From contig CM119380.1 of NCBI GenBank assembly GCA_051294905.1, forward strand, positions 15,314,001 through 15,378,000: DNA of 64,000 nt. Direction: 5' to 3'. The position numbers and the translations under genes were made by a program. The stretch comes from Botryllus schlosseri. Taxonomy: Eukaryota. Shown here piece by piece: positions 29,001-41,000 of this stretch (positions are counted from its first letter, which is position 1; every line of letters begins with the position of its first letter). The notes beneath the pieces are model-generated. The model worked only from the letters and a program-made list of their open reading frames with translations. It was not told where the DNA came from and did not search any database.

Positions 29001-32000
29001 TTATTGCTTCAGACGAAAGGTACACCATCACACCCGCGCCAAACAGCTACCTCACTATTCACGATGTCGGACAGGACGATACTGGCCGATACGAATGCGT
29101 CGCCAGACGGGGATCTCTGACATCTAGAGCAAGTATGTCGTTAACCAGTGGTGGGCAATTATTTTTCCCGGCGGGCCAAATGTAAAGCAGAAAATACCTT
29201 TGCGGGCCGAGACAGAAGTTTAGATCATGTCCTGCGGCCTGCAGTTCTATTTCTAAATTGAAAGCAGTGAATTACATTGTTAACGCATGTTGCTAAGTGG
29301 ATGCGTAAATACTAGGTTGCGTCCCTAGCTCTGTTTGGCTTGATAAAATAGCCATGCTGTTTTGCTAGTTTCTCTAGGTCCGCATCAGTCAAGTGTATGT
29401 ATTCACTGCATGATTTTTCTCATAATGCCGACTCAAATTATACTCCGTAAATACGGAGACGTGCTCGGTACTCGCCACGACTGATTTTAGTAAACAAATA
29501 TTTAGTGCTCCAAATTTTGTTGAAATGTCGGCCTTCAGCCGCATCTTTCATTGCTTAACGTACATCGTTTGCGAGTGAGGTTGGTAGTTAATCACCTGCA
29601 CTGATTGTATTATTTTAAGAATTAAGATTTGGAAACGTATGACGTAACAGTTTAAAGCACATACCTGGCAACAAACAAGATTTGAACTTGAACATGGAAA
29701 CAGTGACTTGTAGCTTTAATTGTTACGGCATAATTTGCTATATTGCCTCTATTTTGAAACTGGATAACTCACACGACGTCCGTGGGTCACGTAATCACGA
29801 TACGTAAATAAGCTAGACTTCAACCTAAACGCATTTCCGGATCAGTTTATATATAGTAATTTTGACCACACATTAACGGTAATGAATACATTTTATGGTC
29901 CAAATTCGAAAAAGCTTTTCGCGGGCCAAACGGAAGCTGTTAGTATCATACGCAGTACTATTACAGGCTCTGTAAAACATAGTATTAAGAGCACTTAGTT
30001 TAGCCTGCTTTAGCACATGTAAATATTCTTTGTACTAGTGCTTTACGCCGCGACCTACTGGATAAACTATCACACAAACTTCGTTATTTCAATGGACCGT
30101 ATTGCGATTTTAAATCCCTTTTTACAAGTATTCGCATGCTACGTACGTGGTTGAATTTTGTTAACTTGACTTTCCGAACTCTGCTTGGATTTATATTCTC
30201 AGCGTTTCTGGAATAGGGAGTAATTTTTCCAATCGGTATCGTATAATGTACCCTTTTAATTCGAAACAGACGCAAAATACATCTAATGGTCGGATATTGA
30301 ATTTCGGTAAACCGTAGTGTTAATTAAATTACGAACAAACTGTGTTTTGTTTTGGTGTTCGCCCTAACTCTGTCACCTGGCGTGCCATTCTCCGAATTGT
30401 CCATTATTAATAATTGTTACGTTGTTTACCCAACTTGTCATATCTGTTAAATTTATGCTCCGCTGGGTGGATGCGAATACCAATATGAAACCATGAGTCC
30501 CTCGACAAATTGATTGATCAATTGAACTCCGTCATACGCTAGTTACAGCCGGGAAGCAACAAATCAGAGCAATCCGTTTTTAGTTGCGAACTAGTATAAC
30601 GCCGATGCATATCTCTTTTGGTACACAGTGTTTTTAAGGTCATATCGCGAGTCTAATAGAAAATATCTATACTTACTATATCGCTAGCTTACCCCTGTTA
30701 TATCTAGGCATGACTCTCACTGTGAATGCAAAATCGTCGACCGAAGAGATTACAAGTAAACTATTCGAGATTCTACCAATCGGCTGCCTGGAGAGCGGAT
30801 GCTCAAGCAACTCTGGTACGGCACCTTCGTACCAACCTTGTTAAAAGCAGCCTAGCGCTAACCATGCCGTTTGACGCGTCAGATATCCGAAGCGACTTAT
30901 CCGAAGAGGACATAAACGAAGCTCTACGAAGCCTTGGTATTCAACGAAGGGGAAAGAGACAGATCGGTAAACAGCGGACCGCAAAAGTAGCTCTAAGTGC
31001 CTAGAAATTACGCGCTATTAGGATAATGCTTCGGTAACTTGGCGAAAGTAGTTTTTGCCTCCGTTTCAACGCCTTGTCTCTAGACCGGGCCTTGATAATA
31101 ATCCTATGTAAGCCTCAGAATTTCGAACTTGGCATCTCGCCGGGTTGACATATCTCAAGTGTAAGCTAGACGCCTTTGATTTTGTTTACAGTTGCTAGCG
31201 ATCTGGAGGAACTTTCAAACAGCATTAGAGAGGTTTCTAGCAACGTCGACGGTGCCATCAACAACACCATACATCACTTCAACGACAGGTGAGAAACTGC
31301 GTCGGAGTTTTAAGGGCGACACCGGAAATATGGGCGCAATTGTATAATTCTGGTTTCCGCTGCTTTGCATTTTGAAAATTTAATGTTTTGGATGCAGATT
31401 ACTGTTTATGTGATTTCGTATTATAATCCGGTAATACGCAACAGGTAAGGCATACTGATGAAAACACGCAGTTTTTATTAGAAATGTATGGATTGCATTC
31501 ATAATCTCTCGGCAAGGTAATCGTTCCATTTAAAATTCCAATGCTGTTACCAGGCGATAATGAGTTAATGGCTGAGTCCTGTATCATTTCATTTCCGTGT
31601 TTCATATGCGAAGTGCAATAGTTTCTGGTGGTAATCTACAAAGTAACGCGTTAAGACTACGACCTTAAGCCTCTCCCGGGACTCATATAAGGCATATTAT
31701 CACGCCACCATCGAAAAGAGCTTCTTTCAAGTAACTTCGAATGGCAACATCATAAGACGGATATCACTTAGTTATCCTCCGAATAATCCAACCGTCACAT
31801 ACGAATAATAAGGATGATAGCGTATGCTTGTAAACACGAAGTGACTTGAAGTTTCACCAGCATGAGTTGTTTCTGATCAGAAACTCTGTATAGCTAAAAA
31901 GGCAAGCGAGCGCATATATTATTAGGTGTATGATGCGTGCTTTTTGTGATATACCGTCCCCGGTAGACTCGCATGCACTTTCACCGCGATAAATCTGTCT

Positions 32001-35000
32001 CAAAATTAATTAGCGAGCTCCAAGCCCGCAGCTGTGCAATTATATGTTCTATTCAACACGTTATAGTCGTTACACTCTATAAAAAGAAAGACAGGCGGCA
32101 GCACTAATTTAGTGCTTTTCATTATTCCCATCGTAAGCTGGAATAGATGCTCACACTGGATGAAATAGAGATATATGTACGAATAAGGGCGGATTTCATT
32201 TTAGCGATTTGTCATCCCCGGTGTCTGGAAAGGAGGACCAGCAGCATTCGTCGGTATATGCCATAACGTGACCATGTTTTAGCTCACACCGTACACACAT
32301 GGGTCACAATCATGGCAAATGGTACCAAATTATTCTTTCATAACCATTCCAACGGGCGAAAACGAGTTAAATGCACCAACTTTTGAGTGGATATATCCTA
32401 AGGGGTGTAGTGGATTGTGTTCATGTGTGCAGGCATTTTGTGCCTTTTTGGGGGTAGCGCATCAATACAGAACCCATGCTACCCCTTGAATGTATAAAAA
32501 TGAATGTATTTGAGTCGTTTTCATCTATTGAAATGGACGTGACATCAACATTTTAGTCTGGAAAGTTCCGTGGGCCTGATTTGTGCACCATTCTATGGTG
32601 GGAGTCGACGAAATAGACGATTTTCGGGTTTTCGCGTGATTTGTACGCTTCTCAAGCCTAGAACGGAAAGCGGGCCGCGCTATAGAAGTCGGCTCAGGAA
32701 TTATAATAAAGAGTATCCAACTTGTGTCAATTAACCAACGTATAGTCGAAACACCATGGATACTAAAACAGCTTGACTTGTCAAGGTTTTGCCTACTTGA
32801 ACCATTTACGTACCAAGTGAAGTGAAGTGTTTTTAATATAATTCCAGTTCCACTACTTGCTTTTTATTTTGGTTCTAAAAAGTAGTAACGGAGCCTACGA
32901 TATCGTAGGCCCCGGTAGTAATTATCTTTATCTTGAATTTGTATAACGTTTATCAGTCAAATTGTCAAGAGAATCTCTTAAAATAGAGCCTGTATCACCG
33001 TAACGGAATATAGTTCGGGGATTACGCCTATATTTATACCGCCATCAGTCACTTTGAGTTAGTCGCGAATATACAACTTTCAACTACGAAAGTAGCCACC
33101 TCAGATTAACCCCTAAAAGTATTCGGTCCCGCAACCAAATCTACCTCTTCTTCCTCTTGAAGATACTTCTCGAGTAGGCCAACTTTTCTGACTTTCATTT
33201 CCCGTACTTCCACTTGAAGTAGTTTTGAGATTTCTTGGGTTTGGAACTCGCTGCTTGTACGCACAACGCACAACGTACATGTACAATGTACATTGTACCA
33301 GTACATGTAATCTAATAAGAAATTTACTGCGTTACTTATAATTCGACTTGAATGGCCATGTTGAGTACTTTGACCAACTCTGTTTCTACATGCGTATAGC
33401 TTTGCTATCTATACCAGTTAACTATGGAATAGTATTGCATAGTATCGTCAGCTAGGCTGTATCTTTGCTTGCAGACGGCACAAGCAGACCGCGAGCGACT
33501 TGTTGGCCCTGATGAGGTTTCCCTCCACCCTCCGGGGAGTGAATATGATGCGCGCCGCTGAAGTGTTCGAGGTCTCCCTACAGCTCATAGAATGCTGCAT
33601 CAAGCGCGGAATGAAGCTCAGACAGTTCGCCGTGACCCACAACCACGTGGTGCCGGAGGAGAAGGCTCTGAGAGACACTGATTTAGGTGAGTTGTGCGGA
33701 CCTGTTGGTTGCGTGCTGTGCTGGTGACACACGCGATGTCGCAAGAGACATTAGGAACAAGAATATACATTGAATACCACTGAAGAAGGAAATTAGGAAG
33801 TTTGCGTCCCAACGTCGCATTGTCATGTGCGAAAAATATGAAGAACATATATTCTGTGGAACAGAAGATATTATAGTCTATCTCAGTGGTTCCCAACCTC
33901 TGGTGCCCGTACGAATCAACTTTCCCGCGGCCTAATATAGGTATCTCAATTTTTTCGCAATTGCTAAATGCGAGAGCTTGTCCGTTAATTAGAGAAATCA
34001 AACACGACATCTTAAACTAAATTATAAGTTTAGAACGTGTAATTTAGAGCTCTATGTGGAGTGTTATATAGTTCATGGTCTATTTCGACTAATCCTACGT
34101 CACAATGTTGTTTGTGATAATCATGGTGTTTGCCGACTACTATGGTCCTTTACACCAGGCCGATATTTCTTTTTTTGATTTCGTATCTGCCGTCACGATG
34201 TGTTACCAAACTGATTAAAACTACCATAAAACTCACTTGAGACCAATAATATGTGACAGTTGAGAGTATTGAAACCAAATTTGACGAATGTCGGCGTTAC
34301 ACTTTATCGATATTTGAAAGGGTATTAGAAGCTAGCAACAGCGAAGTCTCATTTCTTTGAAAAGAAACGCAACAATTGCAATAGAGATCGCGATGTTAAC
34401 AGGACTTTTCCTTGCAGAAGCCTCGCATATTAGGTTTAATATCACAAAAGCAGCAGCAGATTTCTCCTTAAATTAAAGTTCCAATTCTTTGTTTTGACCT
34501 GCATTCTTTTGTCGTAATTACATTTCGTGTTTATTTTGATTCTTGACAGTTCACCGTCCACAAGCCGAAATGGTCGAGAACCATTGCCCTGGGCTACTAA
34601 TTTTTGATTTTTCACCGATGTCACTCCATCACAGCTCACAGCAGCCTCTAACTCGCAAAACTCTTTAAAATTGATTTGTGGAATGCCTTTCTGTGTTTTC
34701 CGCTAACTGTAGTTTCATGCCGGACTGTCAATACCCTACTGTCAATATTCAGACACACTGGAAGACGCGGCGGTGCATCCAAGCACGCCTGTGATCGGCA
34801 GCGAGATCGTGTCCGTTGTCGCTAATTTATCGGGATGCTCAGGCCACCAAAAGCTTCCAAATTGCTCTGAAGATATTTGCTTCCACAAAAAGTATAAGAC
34901 GAAACACCGCGTGATGACACTTGAATTTTCATGCTCACTTTTTGACAATGCAGGTACAGATCGGCCGACGGGACCTGCAACAATCTACAACATCCGATGT

Positions 35001-38000
35001 GGGGTGCTGCGCTAACGCCGTTTCATCGCTTGCTCAAACCTATCTACGAAAATGGCTTCAATTCGCCGGTCGGATGGGACCATGATAAATTGTGGGTGTT
35101 GTCAATTACGTTTTAGGCATCCTGTTGGACCAGATGCCATAAAGCGTGCCAAACCGGAACATGCTGGGTTTAAACAAGTGGTGTTCAATCCGTGTAACGG
35201 TGCTGGTTCACATCTACTTTTCGACCGGCCGATAAATGCATTTCAATTTTATCCTCAATTTAAAAATGTAAGAGGTTGAATGAGGAGTTGCTCATTACCT
35301 GAGAAATAAAACATGTCATTTCGAGAATTTATAAATTTAGGTCGTAATTTATAATTTAGAAAATTAAAAATTGACGAAATTACACAAGACACTTTGGCGA
35401 CACTTGACAGTATAAAAAGAATCTAGCAATCAGTAAAGTCGCATTTATTTCAAAACAAATACAAGAGTCTCAACCGAGTTGGTGGTGGTACGTTAACTTT
35501 ACGACCTTGTCATACAGAAACTTCAATAGATCCCACTCATCACAAATACACAGCAGTATATTTCTCATTTAATTAAAGTTGCAAATATTTGTGTGGAGAT
35601 GCATACGTTTTTGGTAATTTCATTACATTACGTCCAGAAGAACGATTTTCAGAATTCACTGCCAAATCGCATCAACCACGAAAAGCAACATAATGTGTAT
35701 TTGGCCGCGTCGTATGGTCCTGTGTAATTTTTATAAACTGCCAGCGATCTTATATTCTCCTAGGGTAGGATGGGCTGAACTTGCTGTTGATAAATCACTA
35801 AACCCCAGTAAAAGCGAGAGAATTATCGTTGGATTCAGCGAATGTTCGCAATGCAACATAATGATTATACTTACTTTCACCACGTGAGGTCAGATTTGCG
35901 CGGAAAATTATCATCCGCGTGTTCAGTTACTGCTTTGGACTAACACGAAATATAACGGCATGAAGATACTCGTGATTTTTTACAGGTATCGTGGTAGAAC
36001 CTTGCCGAGTGCTAGGCGCGTATCGCTGGAGGTTTTGGTGTCACGGGAACAAAGGCCGGCGGCGGATGCCGAATTTACACATATGACAATGCAGTGGGGC
36101 CAATTCCTCGATCACGACATGGACTTTACCACTATGGCCCCCAGCGTGCGGAGATTTTCTGATGGAGCCGCATGCAAAGATTCGTGTAATCACGACGCTC
36201 CTTGCTTCCCGATATATGGTGAGAATTACTATTTGATATAGTGTGCTCGAAATTGATGTAGTCGGTTGAAGTAGCTATGATCATATGTTTCGTTCATCGT
36301 AGGCGTCTGATAACTTTGTAAACCTACGGAAGGTTATGTATTTATTAATACACAACGATAGGTCCGAACATATAGGCGTCGTATTACTATTCATACCAGT
36401 GATGGGCGACTTCTCATCAATTATTCTGTGTAAATATATACGAGATGTTGATTTTTATGCCTGTAAATGATATACATTTGCTTCATAGTGGATAATAATA
36501 CATTGATTCTGTAATATTTCCCTCCAGCGCAATGACTTAGATTAGGAATTCCACATAATCTGAGGATTCGAAGTATTGTCATCCGTTTTCGGCATCTTTT
36601 ATACCAGTAATTCGTTTCTGACTACTTTGAATCGCGTCATCCAGAGATGGCATTAATCCTAGGGGTGGCAAAATCAATTATCTGGGTGATTCGCTTCCGA
36701 GCATCGAATTGGGTGTGCGACATCATAACATTGAGTCATGTTTGAAGAGTTTGCATACCTATTCATGTGATCACGATTCAGTAAATAATGTAATCTGCAC
36801 TCAAGCACAAATAATTCCAATTTGACAACGCTAACTATGACATACGACATCTGTGACAATACCAGAGGTCGATAACTTCTGCGTACAAGTGTTGTTTTCC
36901 ACGAACTCGTGCCACATTTTCTGAATGATATGATGAGGCAATCAAGATTTGAAGGCCCGATCGGGGGGAGAACAAAATCGGAACAACGATTCCCGTTGAT
37001 AAAATGTCTCTTGGTGACAAGGGACAAATAATCTTCCTACTAGAAAACATCGACTTTCGCTATACCCGACTCGAATAATCAAAATTCGTATTAGATTCGT
37101 ATTCGAACACTCGAATCGTTATGCCCAGTCCGAATTGATCCTAGTTGGTTTTTAAAACATCGATTCTGAGTAAACCCATTCACCTTCAGTGCACGGGAAT
37201 GATCCTAGGCGTCGCCATTTCCATCACCGTTCGGATCATCATCACGGCGCGTCAGGATCCTCTTCTTCATGTATGGAGTTCACTCGATCCAGCGCCGTTT
37301 GCGGGTCCGGAATCACGTCTGTCTTCTTCAGCGCCTTGTCGCGAAGAGAGCAAATCAATCAGGTACAAAAGAATCTATTTCAATTGTTGTCCAGTATCAT
37401 AAATCTCCATTGTTTAGAAGTATATGATCCAAAGCTAATAAATTATCCGATAATGACGATAGATAATCCCTTTCTCTGATTAATTGTAAGGTTACGTGTG
37501 TACCGACTCCCTTTAGTGTAATAAAATATTGGGTTACTGTCATTCACATAGCCAAGAAGTCATCAACCTTCCTCCTGTAGGCTTCTTCTAGTCCAAACAC
37601 CTAACTATCCATTGACAATCAACTCGCAGACACCAGACTCATCAATAGGGCTGTAAATACCGATGATAATCAACGGCGCAATCTTCATAGTCATTAAATG
37701 CGAGTCGGCTGTTTTTACGATTTGGCTATACGAATGGCAAACACCATCTTATTTCGCCTATGCGTTCTGGACAATGCCGGCTGAAATTTCATTTGTTTCA
37801 TATCGCACGCGGAGATTCACCAACGTGCAATCATTGCCATGTTCCCGATACCGTTTTCTTTTATCTCGTTTTAAATACCAGTTTCATGAAACGTTTATTT
37901 CTGAGGTTCATAATTATACTTGCGAAGTCATTATTCTGCTATGACGTCATGCAGGTGGTATTTGAATATTCGATTCGACTCGAAGCCTAAAACTCGCATT

Positions 38001-41000
38001 GGAGTGGAATCAGATACTTAATTTCGGCCAGCCCTCATCATAATATTAGTAATAATAATAAATCCGAACCTGGTTGTTTTAAGTAAAAGCAGACTTCTAC
38101 TTTGTAAATAGTACACCTAGCGTGTCTTGCGTTCTAATCTACAACTACACTTTTAGATTACTTCCTACATCGACGCATCCAATGTCTACGGTAGCGGGAA
38201 AGAGGAAATCGACAATGTTCGCGATCTATCCTCTGATTTCGGACTACTCAAAGAAGGCCAGCCGTTGGAACCCGGGCAAAAAGCCATCCTGCCTTACAAT
38301 GTGTACTCCGATTTGGACTCAGGTAGCGAAACATATCCTTACTCAGCTCTGCATTTAAATCGGACGAATTGCACTGTGAATGCATGGGTGGAAAGTAGGT
38401 GTAATTACCAGATTTACATCCATTCTGAGGGGTGCTAACAGGCCGAATACACCAATACTTATGAGGCTATTTTCCAGAGGATATAGTGGATTCAATTCAC
38501 ACGTAGCTTACCACATGCGCCTTCTTGGTACGCGAAAGCAGAACCCACTCCACCCTTGGGATCTATTTATGTTGGAAGTAGGGGTATTTCACTCACCCTT
38601 TAGAATTGGTATGAACTGAAGGTCAATTTTTGTACCAGAAAGTGCATTTAACCCGGTCTGCATCCGACCCTACGGTGAGAATCGGTAAAATACACAATTT
38701 TCGTCTACAGCGTCCCTGGATATACTTATCGTTATTCATTCACCGTTGTGATCTATTTTCATCGGATGTAGGGGTATTTAACTCGCCCTTTAGAATTGAT
38801 GTGCATGTGCACTGAAGGCCAAATGTTGTACCAAAAAGTACATTTGACATGGTCTGCACCCTACCCTACCCTAAAAATCGGTGAAATGCACAATTCCCGT
38901 TTGTAGTGTCCCTGAATATGCAGATCATTCATTTTTGAAGAAACTCAGCTTTCCCAACGTCCACGATTTATTACAGATGTTTCGCTGTATTACGATTACC
39001 ATATCTATTTCAGAGGTGTCTGTGATCAGACCCGTGGCCCCGATCGAGTGCCGGCGCGGCGATTCTGAATCCCCACAAGAAAGAAGCGTGCCCTGTTTCT
39101 TGTGCGGAGATTTGAGATGCAACGAACAGGTATGTCGAACGCGGGGATATCTTGAAGCATGGTGAACTCTTGAGACTACCAGATTTCGGCGATGATATCA
39201 AATCAAACAGGCCTACTCGCTGGCTCGGCGGTATCTTAATATTTGCGTAACGTTACTGAATTATTTGGAATTCTCCTCATCTCGATATGCGTTTCGCAAT
39301 TTCCTACGTGGCCATCAAAATGTCGCACTAGTGTCATCAATCGGTAACCTATTCTTATCGCGCCAGATTAAGATCAATAAGATCGCAATTGATGGTGATA
39401 AAGGTCGCCTACAACGTAACGAGACAGGTGTAATCATGACTAAATGTGATACCAACTGTGGCAAATATCGCAAACCAAGCCGGAGCAAAAATTCCTGCGG
39501 TGTTTTACAATTGAAAAATTTGCATGTAAACAAATTCTGCAATGCGCCGATCGCAAGACGCGACCCTGTAGTTCTCAACGCGAAAAGGCTGTGTATAAGA
39601 GGGCGCGCTAAACGTTGAAGGCCCAAACTCACCGCTACGCGGATTTAATTAAACACTGTCAGTCCCTTGTTCATTCGTCGATGTTTCTTCAATTTCAGGT
39701 TCTACAGTTTTAATATATCGGCGGAAAATAGGATTATTTAGCAGATTTTCACCATAGCGTATGGTGATCATACTGCTGGCATTTTCTGGTACCACGGTTG
39801 GCTTTCAAACTCATTTCGAGGGGTGAAAACAGTCGAATACACCAATCCCTGAGGAGAAATATATCAGGGATGAATCTCCATACGATTTCGGTGCATTTCA
39901 CTCGTTTTCACTCACTGGAATGGATATGAAAGATACATTTTGTTCCAGGAAGTGCCGGTTACCCCATTTAAGGTATGGCGGAAATCGCCGCAGCGTTTAC
40001 AATTTAGGCCTAGACATCAACTCGAAATCCTTCTCTCGCATCCTGCAGTCCACAGCGTTCACGTAACTGCTCGGGTTAAAGTTCCTGTCATTTTCCAAAG
40101 GTAAGCCTGACCGCCATGCACACGATGTGGATGCGCGAGCATAACCGTATAGCCAGAAGACTGAAAGGACTCAACCCGAGCTGGAGCGGGGACACGATTT
40201 TCAACGAGGCGAGAAAGATTGTTGGTGCGGAAATGCAGCACATCACTCATTCGGTACGGGCTAACGCGCTTTGCTTGGCATGTGCAGAAAACCGAATTCC
40301 ATATTTGTTTTCTTCTCACAGCATTGGCTGCCGAAGATTTTGGGACCTTACTTCGAGAAAGTCGGGCCTTACAGGATGTACGATCCGAACTCGCCGGCGT
40401 CCATTGTAAATGTGTTTGCCACGGCGGCCTATCGGTTCGGACACACTATGATTAATCCGATTATGCACAGGTATATATTTTTGGTATGTTGAAGCTTTTG
40501 CATCTCTAAATATTTATTGAAAATTCACTATTTTCCACAGAGTTTGTAATGACTCAACTAATATGCGAGGCCGTAGGGGATGTAGCTCAGGTGGTAGAGC
40601 GCGCGCTTAGCATGTGCGACGTACCGGGATCGATGCCCGGCATCTCCATTGACTGTGTTTTTCCCTTCCGTTTTCACTAGAATCATCGTCTTTGCAACAT
40701 GATTGCATCATTACAGCTAAGAGTTGGGGATGTAGCTCAGATGACAGAGCGCGCGCTTAGCATGTGCGAGGTACCGGGATCGATGTCCGGCATCTCCAAT
40801 GTCTGCATTTTTCCCTTTCGTTTTCACTAGGATCATCATCTTTTCAACATGATTGCATCATTGCAGCTAACAACCGGGGATGTAGCTCAGATGGTCGAGC
40901 GCGCGCTTAGCATGTGCGAGGTACCGGGATCGATGCCCGGCATCTCCAATGAGTGCACTATCCCTTCCGTTTTCACTAGGATCATCATCTTTTGTACATG

